64,000 nt of DNA from Eledone cirrhosa (lineage: Eukaryota): contig OZ024740.1 of NCBI GenBank assembly GCA_964016885.1, forward strand, positions 243,474,001 through 243,538,000, read 5' to 3'. Of the stretch, positions 27,438 through 39,070 are shown piece after piece (positions within the stretch are counted from its first letter, which is position 1; each line of letters begins with the position of its first letter). The notes under the pieces were generated by a model. That model was not told the DNA's origin, ran no database searches, and saw only the letters and a program-made list of their open reading frames with translations. Position numbers and translations under genes: made by a program.

Positions 27438-27951
27438 GCCCCAGGACAATATCCAATGGAGCAGACCTATGATCATAATCACTTTAGTAGTGACCACACT
27501 ATCTGTTTGTACATCCAGGATTACATTATTCAATGTCCCTCTAATAAAACAATAGAATAGAATGTGGGATATATTTGGCTGCTATATCTAACAATGAGGA
27601 TGATAGTGATGATATTGATGTTGATGTTGATGTTGAGGAGGAGGAGTAGGAGGAGGAGGAAATGGAGGAAGAGAAGGATACGGAGGAGGAGGGGAGGAGG
27701 AAGAGGCCATTGGTGATGACTGTATCCAAAGGACTGGAGATTATTGGGTGCCAAAACAAAAAGTGTGTATATGTGCATGAATAGATAATTGTTGGTGTGC
27801 ACAGTATATAAGAGTATCATGTTTCCAACTATAAGAATAATTGTGTATTTATTTATTTGATGTGTTCACATGTTTGGTGTGTGTATATATATATACACAC
27901 ACATATACACAACTACTCATTATGCATGCACACATACATGTATATATAAAT

Positions 27952-28033
<82 letters not shown>

Positions 28034-28040
<7 letters not shown>

Positions 28041-28220
28041 GGGTGTGGTAAGATACCAGGTGAACGATAACACACCAGAGTACTGAATACTTAGAGTAGT
28101 AGGTAATAGGAAAAGAGTCAGGACCTCAACGGCTGAGCTCCAGCCGTTTCGACAGCTAGATCCAAACTGATCTAGCTGTTGAAACGGCTGGAGCTCAGCC
28201 GTCAGGGTCCTGACTCATTT

Positions 28221-28225
<5 letters not shown>
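28034..28225. mobile_element. PLE pLTR fold-back fragment (family B)
   Basis: Arms span 28106-28225, tail at 28034-28105. Contains GAAACGGCTG-gagct-CAGCCGTC (HHR stem III plus GUC site). Confidence 0.8.
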
Positions 28226-28264
<39 letters not shown>

Positions 28265-28269
<5 letters not shown>

Positions 28270-28475
28270 AAGGAAATGTGGTAAGGAACCAGGTGGACCA
28301 TAACGCACCAAAGTACTCAATACTTAGGGTAGTAGAGTGGGTAATAGGAACGAGTAGGACCCCGACGGCTGAGCTCAAGCCGTTTCGACGGCTAATTCTG
28401 GACTTTTTTTTTTTAGTCCAGAATTAGCCATCGAAATGGCTTGAGCTCAGCCGTCGGGGTCCTACTCGTTCCTAT
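28265..28475. mobile_element. PLE pLTR fold-back fragment (family B, second subfamily)
   Basis: Arms span 28344-28475 with an oligo-T loop, tail at 28265-28343. Homologous to 28034-28225. Confidence 0.8.
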
Positions 28476-28490
28476 ATATATATATATATA

Positions 28491-28864
28491 TATTGTTATA
28501 CTTGGGGAGGGTCATATTGTAATAATATTGCCAGAAATAATAACAGAACACACTCACTGTTTCGTTGGTTTTTGCTTCTGTATCTTTTATATTTCCACAG
28601 TTAATTCATTCGGAACTTTGTTAGACTATATATATGTGTTTATATCTATTTTATATCTGTATTTTTGACCGCTGGTCAGTCAATGGTAAACAATGAGGAC
28701 CGAATGAATTAACTGTGGAGATATAAAAGATACAGACGCGAAAACCAACCAAACAGTGAGTGTGTTCTGTTATTAATTCTGTCAATATTATTATAACAAT
28801 ATGACCCTCTCCAAGTATAACAATATTTGTTTCGACACCCGATTTCATATCAAAAAGCTCGCAA

Positions 28865-28870
<6 letters not shown>
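28491..28870. mobile_element. Fold-back element (family C)
   Basis: Arms at 28491-28613 and 28700-28825, tail at 28826-28870. The atgaccctc-caaagtataacaa-like end is shared with 35235-35794 and 39071-39188. Confidence 0.8.
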
Positions 28871-28904
<34 letters not shown>

Positions 28905-28908
<4 letters not shown>

Positions 28909-29111
28909 CCGAAACCCGGCCCGGCGTCACGCCACCACACTATCGGGCCACATCTGGGACCTCAAGGATAACAATATTACCTATGATCTCACTTGGAGCT
29001 TACTGTCCAGAGTGGGTCCTACTCATTCTTATTACCCACTCTACTACCCTAAATATTGAGTACTTTGGTGCATTATGGTCTACCTCGTTCCTTACCACAT
29101 TTCCTTCGTTA
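28905..29111 (+). mobile_element. PLE fragment: GIY-YIG C-terminal piece joined to family B pLTR
   Basis: 28907-29020 translates as FRNPARRHATTLSGHIWDLKDNNITYDLTWSLLSRVGP. 29014-29111 is the family B 3' end. Confidence 0.7.
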
Positions 29112-29550
29112 TATATATATATATATACATACATAGTCAAACATCCTATATATATAGTCAAACATATATATATATATACACATAGTCAAACATCCTAACA
29201 ACTCTGCTAATACTTACATACATACATACAAACACACATACACACACGAATGCACACTCACACACGTGTATATATTTTATCATCATGATGATCATCATCA
29301 CCACCGTGTAACACCCATTGATCCGTGTTAGCATGCTTTAGATGGGCTGCCTTGCTTGAGGCAAGTCGGGTCAGGTGACCGTGTCTTGCTCACACAGAAT
29401 TGTTCCTGGCTTGGTTTCTACAGCTGGATGCCTTTCCTAACACCAACCATATTTACAGTGTGTGCTGGAAGCTTCACCGGATGTGCGCTACAGCCTGTCC
29501 TCATGAGAGATGTATGAGAGGGTGGGGGGTGCATATATATATATATATAT

Positions 29551-30193
29551 ACAACAACTTAGAACAACCCAAAGAAGAAGAAACCAAGAACTGGTCATAC
29601 CATTTATAATGACACACAACCCATGTCACCAGAATATCTTCAACACTGCCAAAGCAAACCTACCGATCATTGCTCAAAGTAATGAATTAAAAGGCTTAAT
29701 CACAGATCGATCTTTGACTCTTAGTAAAAGACAGCCAAAAAATTTGAAGCAATTGCTAACAAAAGCAAAGTTTGACCTTAACAACAAAGACCAATCATTC
29801 ACTGTATCTAAATGCAATGATAATCGATGCGGCACATGTCAATCCATACACGCCGGTCAATATATGAAAACAAAAACTGGAAAAATATTCACAAATGCAA
29901 ATATGAACTGCAAAAGCAGAAATCTAATTTACTGCATTAAATGCCCGAATTGTGAAGAACTATATGTCGGTCAAACTGGAAATGCACTATCGGAACGTGC
30001 ACGGGTACACCGTCAACAAATCAGAGACCCAAATGTCCGTCAGATACCCCTAAGCGGCCACCTGGCAACATGTGGTCAGGGAATATTTATAATATTCCCA
30101 TTCTACAAATTACACAGCCCAAGTGAAATCAAGAGAAAAATCAAAGAAAAGAATTTTATTGATAAGTTCAAACCCAAGCTAAATGAACAATAA
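29551..30193 (+). CDS. 5'-truncated Penelope-like ORF: Cys-rich linker plus GIY-YIG endonuclease
   Basis: CNDNRCGTC zinc knuckle, then NLIYCIKCPNCEELYVGQT, R..H, E...I and PKLN. The ORF-track N-terminus comes from flanking (TA)n. Confidence 0.88.
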
Positions 30194-30354
30194 TAACGCC
30201 TAGGGGTATTACTTCTACTACCACTATGACCACGACCACTAACAACAACAACAACAACAATAATAATAATAATAAAAGTGATGTTGATGGTGATGATTAA
30301 TAGAAAATGCTATTTTCATCATTTCAAAAAAGCAAAACAATTGATACGTTGGAT

Positions 30355-30535
30355 ATGACTATTGGTCGTTAGCATGCTCAACCAGCCGTGACGCTTAAAC
30401 CAATCAGCTGTAGTAATTCAGTGAAACTACACACTGATTGGTCGAAATACAGTTTACAGGGCTTTGCATTCTGGAGCCACTTTTCTCTGTATAAAATGTA
30501 TAAAAGGTAGGAAATTTACCCATCTCATTACAGTT
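30355..30535 (+). promoter_or_regulatory. Putative PLE pLTR Pol II promoter
   Basis: ATTGG/CCAAT boxes at about 30361, 30400 and 30438; TATAAAAG at 30499-30506; Inr-like tcatta/cagtt at 30525-30535. Confidence 0.55.
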
Positions 30536-30568
30536 GAAAATTGCAAACTCGACTGTCACCACATATCA

Positions 30569-30607
30569 TGAACCTGAAGATTGCGAAAGCATGAAAGTAC
30601 TTGTTCA
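30569..30607 (+). ncRNA. Minimal type I hammerhead ribozyme in PLE pLTR
   Basis: tgaac-CTGAAGA-ttgcgaaagcat-GAAAGTACTT-gttca with a perfect 5-bp stem I. Confidence 0.88.
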
Positions 30608-30721
30608 ATTAACACTTAGAATTTAATATTCTATCATACTATTTCATTATAATACCATTATATATATTTTAAAGGATTGTAAATAAAACGAGTAAATCAG
30701 ACAAAGTTGGAATTCCTCTTA

Positions 30722-30769
<48 letters not shown>

Positions 30770-30955
30770 TAAACGGAATAGAAAATGCTGACAAATTGTT
30801 CACAGTTGAAAAATGGTTTAATTAGGAATAAAAGAGTATTAGTGATTGTATGGGTTAGTATTCAGTTGTGGTTTTAAGTTTTTAAGTTTTTACCGGTTGC
30901 GCATTTCTAAATGCTTTTCAAAAATAATTTTGAGATAGAGTGTCCGTGCTGTTTG

Positions 30956-31017
<62 letters not shown>

Positions 31018-31021
<4 letters not shown>

Positions 31022-31130
31022 AAAAGAGTCAGGAACCCGATGGCTGAGCTCCGGCCATTTCGACAGCTAGATCCGTATTGAGTACTCTGGCGTGTTATGG
31101 TCCACCTCGTATCTTACCACACCCTCTTTG

Positions 31131-31176
<46 letters not shown>

Positions 31177-31285
31177 CAAAGAGGGTGTGGTAAGATACGA
31201 GGTGGACCATAACACGCCAGAGTACTCAATACGGATCTAGCTGTCGAAATGGCCGGAGCTCAGCCATCGGGTTCCTGACTCTTTT

Positions 31286-31290
<5 letters not shown>
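31018..31290. repeat. Perfect inverted duplication of a family B fragment around a (TA)n centre
   Basis: 31018-31133 is the reverse complement of 31174-31290. Confidence 0.9.
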
Positions 31291-31329
<39 letters not shown>

Positions 31330-31334
<5 letters not shown>

Positions 31335-31883
31335 CAACAAACACTTACATTATTTTCAAACCACGCCAGCATACATCCATACCACATATAAACACACTCA
31401 CAAACGTGCGTATCCTCACATACACACACTCAGCCTCCGGACTCCACACGCCCCCTCTCCATCCACACGCACGTACACACCGACTTACACCCCACCCCAT
31501 GTACACACCGGTTTCCCTTTTACCTGAACATGGAACCTCGTTCTTCCCCCAACTCTCAAATTCACATACACACACACACACCACCTTCAGCCCCTCCCGC
31601 TAGGACTCCCCGTCTCCCTCTCCACCCACCACCACCCCTACACACCTCACACCCTTTCACCACTTTTTTCTTTTTATTTGAAAAAAAATTTTTACTCTCT
31701 AAAAAACATTTTTGCTCCCTTTTTTCTCCCCCCCCCCCCCGTTTTTTAAAATCACTTTTTTTAAAATGTCTTTCCACCACTCCCCCACCCTCAAAACTCT
31801 CTTCCTACCCATTTTTCTCCTGATGAAGAGCTTTGCCCGAAACGTCGTCCCCCACACCCACTCTTAAGCGTGAAACTAATAAT
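31330..31883 (+). mobile_element. PLE 3' region with HHR-like motif
   Basis: CA-rich tract, then CTGATGA-agagctttgccc-GAAACGTC at 31820-31846. The downstream aagcg-gaaactaataa is shared with 46182-46198. Confidence 0.55.
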
Positions 31884-32065
31884 AATTGTTTCTACTTTTG
31901 GCACAAGGCCAGCCATTTCCCAGTGTATTACTGGTACTTTATTTTATCGACCCCGTAAGGATGAAAGGCAAAGTTAACCTCGGCGGGATTTGAACTCAGA
32001 ATGGCAAGAGCCGTAACTCTATGTGTCAAAGCATGGCGAATAACATTTGTACTGCCTCATCGGTT
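31883..32065 (-). mobile_element. tRNA-like SINE (Nin/Deu-like core family)
   Basis: B-box gagttcaaatccc plus the conserved core on the minus strand. Confidence 0.8.
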
Positions 32066-32089
32066 TTCTGTTTTTTGTTCAGTTTACTT

Positions 32090-32138
<49 letters not shown>

Positions 32139-32157
32139 CAAACACATATACACACAC

Positions 32158-32200
<43 letters not shown>

Positions 32201-32208
<8 letters not shown>

Positions 32209-35091
32209 TAGGAATAACCAAAGAGTGCATAGAAATACATTGTTTTATTAGCTAACAGTGTTTCATCCATACCCCATGGCAGGAATCATCAGAGCCTATA
32301 AACAAGAGTTTATCAGTAGTTGCATGCTCCATCGAGCTGCGTCACCAGAACAATGTTAAAGGACCAGCAGGGGGGGGGGGGGTCCCGAGGCCAGCGCTAT
32401 ATGACAGAATACATGATGCATGTAATGTCATAAAATGTCTTAAAAAATTTAAAAATTACATAAAAAATTTATCACTTAAATGGTGCAATAGATGATAAAG
32501 AGGTTGGAGAGGGTAGTAAGGGATGAGTGAGGGTATTACTCAGCATGATCAGAAACAATAAGAAAATAAAAAATAAAAAAAATAATAATAATTAAAAAGT
32601 ACAAAAATACAGGGATAAGAAAAGAGATAGATATAAAAATACAAAACAATAAAGGAACAAAAAGCCCGGAAACCCCCAAAAATATAAGACAAAGCAAAGC
32701 ATAGATACATCAAAGCACAAGCGGTGCAAGAACAGGGTGTACAGGCAGATTAAGAGAGTTTTCAAGCATGAGTCTGTGAAAAGAATAGTTGGTTAGCAGT
32801 GGTGCAGCCTTACATGTATGATAGTCCATATGAGGGATGGTGTACTCCAATTATATCGCCTTGTAACAGGTCGATTCTCCTTATCATATCTGCACCCTAC
32901 GAACAACATCGATATGTTCCAGTTCCGAACGTTAAGTGAGATAACACTATTTTTCCAAAACCTATACCCAGGGGATTTATCACCTTAGGCGGCATGGGAT
33001 ATACACCTAAAATCTAAAATAAAAAATAAAAGAAAGTGCGACGAGTTAAAGAAATATATGGTACATATACAGCCGGCACAGATGTGAGGAAATTGAAAAC
33101 ACGCCAGGTCCGCAACAACTGGCATTCCCCAAAATCCTCACGTTCGGTCGCTCAATCCAACGTGCCAGATGAAATTCACTGTATGTCCAAGTTGGCGTTC
33201 AACCAATGTATCGCACCGTATACAACTATACCACAGTAAATACAAATCGTGACGGCTATCCCGTTACATATAGAGAAAAAGTGTATATAGGAAACTCCAC
33301 TTCCAGAATCACATATGGCAGAATGAGCAGATATTGTTATAACAATAGGCGGGTTTATTATAGTGAGTGCAAATTTCTGTAGAGAATGATAGCTTAATTG
33401 TGTTTTTATTAATGATACTATGGTATTTACTACCGGGAGGGGGGGGGTCCACGATCGAGAAGAATGCCTTTGGTATATTGGTTGATACCTCCGAGTTGTA
33501 AGGTAGATTAAAGTAGGACTTAGACTACCGTTATGTGTTACTAGCGAGAGACTAACCTTTGAAAGTTGGAGTTAGTTGAATATGAATTGTGATCCAGCTT
33601 TGATGAATTATAGAAGCACACTCAAGGCAAAGTGCAGCACTGGATATTGAACTCCCGCCGACCCAGGAGGGGTCACACCCGACTGTGAATGGATTGCAAC
33701 CTCCGGAGTCAATAATCTAAACGAAAACCACATGGCGGACATATAAATAACATAGCTGTCATTGACAGGTTTGGCTGTGAGTTGTCCCTTCTATATATAT
33801 CTATATATTCTACAGAAATTTGCACTCACTATAATAAACCCGCCTATTGTTCTAACAATATCTGCTCATTCTGCCATATGTGATTCTGGAAGCGGAGTTT
33901 CCTATATACACTTTTTCTCTATATGTAACGGGATAGCCGTCACGATTTGTATTTACTGTGGTACAGTTGTATGCGGTGCGATACATTGGTTGAACGCCAA
34001 CTTGGACATACAGTGAATTTCACCTGGCACGTTGGATTGAGCGACCGAACGTGAGGATTTGGGGGAATGTCAGTTGTTGTGGACCTGGCGTGTTTTCAAT
34101 TTCCTCACATCTGTGCCGGCTGTATATGTACTATACATTTCTTTAACTCGTCGTACTTTCTTTTATTTTTTATTTTAGATTTTAGGTGTATATCCCATGC
34201 CGCCTAAGGTGATAAATCCCCTGGGTATAGGTTTTGGAAAAATAGTGTTATCTCACTTAACGTTTGGAACTGGAACATATCGATGTTGTTCGTAGGGTGC
34301 AGATATGATAAGGAGAATCGACCTGTTACAAGGCGATATAATTGGAGTACACCATCCCTCATATGGACTATCATACATGTAAGGCTGCACCACTGCTAAC
34401 CAACTATTCTTTTCACAGACTCATGCTTGCAAACTCTCTTAATCTGCCTGTACACCCTGTACTTGCACCGCTTGTGCTTTGATGTATCTATGCTTTGCTT
34501 TGTCTTATATTTTGGGGGGTTTCCGGGCTTTTGTTCCTTTATTGTTTTGTATTTTTATATTTATCTCTTTTCTTATCCCTGTATTTTTGTACTTTTTAAT
34601 TATTATTATTATATTTTTTTTTAATTATTTTCTTATTGTTTCTGATCATGCTGAGTAATACCCTCACTCCTCCCTTGCTACCCTCTCCAACCTCTTTATC
34701 ATCTATTGCACCATTTAAGTGATAAATTTTTGGTGTAATTTTAAATTTTTTAAAGACATTTCATGACATTATTTGCATCATGTATTCTGTCATATAGCGC
34801 TGGCCTCAGGACCCCCCTGCTGGTCCTTTAGCCTTGTTCTGGTGACGCAGCTCGATGGAGCATGCAACTACTGATATACTCTTGTTTATAGGCTCTGATG
34901 ATTCCTGTCATGGGGTATGGATGAAACACTGTTAGCTAATAAAACAATGTATTTCAATACACTCTTTGGTTATTCCTATAACTATAACGGCTCTGTAGTA
35001 TACTAGTTATCCTACATTGAGCTAAAACCACACTGTCATACCAAGGGCAATATATCTGCATGTCTGGGCATATTGATATATTTGTCAACGA

Positions 35092-35094
<3 letters not shown>
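32201..35094. mobile_element. 2.9-kb PLE-derived fold-back with ~1.18-kb inverted arms
   Basis: Arms at 32201-33383 and 33809-34986, tail at 34987-35094, (TA)n on both sides. One HHR per arm. A PLE-like peptide is encoded on the minus strand at 33378-33515. Confidence 0.9.
34891..34937 (+). ncRNA. Type I hammerhead ribozyme (mirror at 32250-32296, -)
   Basis: ggct-CTGATGA-ttcc...ggat-GAAACACTGTT-agct. Confidence 0.8.
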
Positions 35095-35140
<46 letters not shown>

Positions 35141-35234
35141 GATAAATCTACCAAAATATACGTATGAAGAACTCAAAATATAGAAGATATCATGAAAAGA
35201 GAAGATGCATTTATATATATATATTATATATATA

Positions 35235-35794
35235 GTTATACTTTGGGAGGGTCATGTTGCCAATAAGAAACACACGCACCAGTTGCGTTCACTTCAATTT
35301 ATTATAATAAATTTATAAATTTAGGAATTTATAAATTTCTGGTTGGTTGGTTGATTCCACAACCAGATAGTTGTTTATATATTGTCAAAGTTCTTTCGTC
35401 ACACATTCTGTGACCTCTTCAGTGACTGGGGATTCTTTTCTTTGTTTTTGTGCCTCTCCTTTGTTCTGTCCTACGCCATTTTGTTTCTGAAACAAAATGG
35501 CGTAGGACAGAACAAAGGAGAGGCACAAAAACAAAGAAAAGAATCCCCAGTCACTGAAGAGGTCACAGAATGTGTGACGAAAGAACTTTGACAATATATA
35601 AACAACTATCTGGTTGTGGAACCAACCAACCAACCAGAAATTTATAAATTCCTAAATTTATAATAATAAATTGAAGTGAAAGCAACTGGTGCGTGTGTTT
35701 CTTATTGGCAACATGACCCTCCCAAAGTATAACAATATCGGTTTCAACACACGTTTTCAGATAAAGAATCTTGCTAAACAATTCAGAAACGAAA
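35235..35794. mobile_element. ~500-bp palindrome with hammerhead and 3' tail (family C)
   Basis: Arms at 35235-35487 and 35489-35733, tail at 35734-35794, TA flanks. Confidence 0.92.
35550..35592 (+). ncRNA. Minimal type I hammerhead ribozyme (mirror at 35384-35426, -)
   Basis: gtca-CTGAAGA-g-gtcaca gaatg tgtgac-GAAAGAACTT-tgac. Confidence 0.8.
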
Positions 35795-36059
35795 TATATA
35801 TATATATATGTATGCTGTGTGTATCCCGATTTCTAAAATACATCATATTCCTGTGTGTCTTAAGAAGTGACTAAATGGTTTGGCGTCAGGAATGGCATCT
35901 GGCTATAAAACATTGTTTCATAACATCCCATCCAACTCATGTCAGCATGGAAAAGTGGACATAAAAACGATGTTGATGATGATATGTACATTCTCATTCA
36001 GATGTAATATGTGTGTGCATATGAGTATGTATGAGAGTGTGTGTATGTGTGCGTGTGAT

Positions 36060-36223
36060 CCATATTTGGATTTTAATGCAACAGGGGGTTCCACTCAGTA
36101 GCTGCCGGCTCTCCTGGTTATCTCCCTTCGTCCCGCTGTTTCTCAATACAATCCAATCCAATTGAGAGAGGCAGGCAAAAATCAGTGACAGTTGCAAATC
36201 AGTATCGGAACTAAAAGGTGAGT
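36060..36223 (+). other. Possible non-coding first exon ending at a strong splice donor
   Basis: Non-repetitive, GC-richer island ending AAG|GTGAGT (GT at 36218). Confidence 0.25.
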
Positions 36224-36662
36224 GTTTCTACTTTGTCTTCCAGCAGAGGCTGTTCAATTACTACTGATCGATTATTTATCTACTGTTCGATGGCTGCAGG
36301 CAAACTTGTGTATTTTTCCTTTTAGTTGGGCAATTCTTTCAAGATTGCAACACTTTTATTTTCCACATTCTGTGGTCGTAAATCGCCACGCCAATTATCC
36401 TGTATCGCGACAAGAATATCTTCGTTTGACTGGTAAATATGTTCTAGACTTTTTACTATTTAGCATTCATTTTCTCAGTTTTCTCTCACACTAAGTGTAT
36501 GTGTATGCATGTATACATGTATACATACACTTACACACACACACATATATATATATATATACTTATGTGTATGTATATATATCTATATGTATATATAATA
36601 TCTCTCTCTCTCCCTTTGTCCCTCCCCTCTCTCATGTCTCTCCCTTTCTCTTTCTCTCTCTA

Positions 36663-36699
<37 letters not shown>

Positions 36700-37174
36700 C
36701 ATATGTATATATTCATAGATATAAATACATACATACACACATAATATATATATGTACGTATATATATATATATATATCAATTAAAGGTTATATATATATA
36801 TATATATAATGTATGTATGCATGCATGTATGTATGTGTGTATGTATATATATGTATGTATATATGTATGTGAGGAAGGTTCTAAGTTTGTGGATGTGCAT
36901 TTTGTGTGTATATAGTTATATAAGGGTTTCTGATTTAGGCACAAAGCCACCATATTTGGGGGGGGGGGGGGGGAGTCGATTAAATCGACCCTAGTGCGTG
37001 ACTGGTACTTTATTTATCGAACCCGTAAGGATGAAAGGCAAAACTAACCTCGGCAGGATTTGAACTCAGATATAATGAATACGTATGCATGAGAGGGAAA
37101 AAAACGCTCTTTAACTTTCACTTTTCACCTTTAGACATATCCTCTCTCTCTTTCTCGCACTTTCTCCCCCCCCC

Positions 37175-37243
<69 letters not shown>

Positions 37244-38262
37244 TTATATTATATTAGATTAGATTACTGAGATTTCTCTCTGTTGCTACTTTCCTTTGGT
37301 ATTGAGCACGATTTTATCATGTTTGTAAAGCAAAATGTTCGGATATTTGTCTATCAATATATCTATAAATAAAAAAACAATAAAGAAATAAAGAAAGATA
37401 TCTATCTATATATTTATCGACCAATCTCCCCCCTCTCTCTCTCTCCCTATATATATATATATATATATTCATATTTATCCTTACTCTGTTCATCCTTATC
37501 CAATTCTTCCATTCTACTTTTGCCAGTCTGTCTTTTACTCTCTCTCTCTCTTTCCATACACACACATACACACACACACATACATACATACATACATACA
37601 TACAGACACACGCACACACATATCTCCATCATTCTGTCTCTCCACTAACTCTGTTTCAGTCACACTGGTTCCATCCATACACCCATCAGACAGAAATATT
37701 CCCCACCTCTTTGTCCTATCCACCCTCTACTCGCCCCGTTATGTGTCAACCAGTAAATTACCTTCATCAACCTTCTTCTCTCTCATCCTCTCTTTCTCTG
37801 TCTCTCTTTCCTTCTCATGTGAATCCTACCAAATTTCAGCGCAGTTGTTGCCAGATCGAAATTCATTCGCGCGCGCACACGCACACACACACATGCGTGC
37901 GCTTGCATGCACGCATACGGATCCAAGTACTCACAGCCATAAGCACACTGTACATTCACACGTAGTCACTGACATAGACACAAACTCATATTCACACTCA
38001 CAGTCATAAATGACTATAAAAAATGTGTAAACACCCAAACAAATATACACACGCACATGATGAACACAGTAGAACTGAAAGTACAAGTCAATTGTGTTTG
38101 TGTGTATAAGTGCATTTGCACAATGTAATTCTTTGATTGTATATGATTGTGTATGTAACGTAGTATCAAAACTTAATCAACACGAAACATGCATACATAC
38201 CTACACACATGAACACACACACACAACTACACAGACACATACGCACACATGTATATGTGTGC

Positions 38263-38340
<78 letters not shown>

Positions 38341-38591
38341 GTTTGTGTGTGTGTGTGTGTACGCATATATGTGTGAGTGCGTGTATCTGTGTAAGTGTAT
38401 GTGCACAAAGTAATATTTAATTGTATGAAAAGTAATTTAGTATCAGAACTTAGGGACTACTCAATATTCCCACACACATAAGCACATAAACGGATACACA
38501 CGCGGGGACGCATTCATATATACCACTCATGTCCGTATGTGTGCGTGCGCGCATGAGTATATGATTGAATTTGTGTGTATATGGATGTATG

Positions 38592-38638
<47 letters not shown>

Positions 38639-38940
38639 ATAATAATAAAATTGAAGACTAAAATCCAAAGAGGGCTCGATAAGGAAAAATATATATCAAA
38701 TATATAAGAACCGTAGAGCAAATATTTTCAGAAGATCCCGTTAAGGGTGAAAGCAGCGATTCTTTGCTTAAACTTTAATCTGTTATTTTAATAAATATAT
38801 ATATATATATATTGAATACTTACTCCAGTAAATTGTTGAGTGCTCTATATCAGTTATATACTTTTAAGTTTGATGGAATCCCAACAAATTAAATATAACT
38901 TCTGCACATATATATATATGTGTGTGTGTATGTGTGTCTA

Positions 38941-39011
38941 CAGGAGCAGATTAAGATTGCATGGGGCCCGGGGTGCAGCTCTGTCACCACTGCCGCCTTT
39001 ATCCACTCCTG
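38941..39011. mobile_element. Small hAT-like MITE remnant
   Basis: Imperfect TIRs caggagcagatta / ttatccactcctg; no clear TSD. Confidence 0.35.
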
Positions 39012-39070
39012 GTATACATCAATATCAACGTTTTCTTCGATGCGTTTCAGTGTGTGTTTATATATATATA

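Noticed and set aside
34840-34880. SECIS element, since some Naiad PLEs encode selenoproteins
   Set aside because: GTGA...TGA is present, but there is no convincing stem or apical AA.
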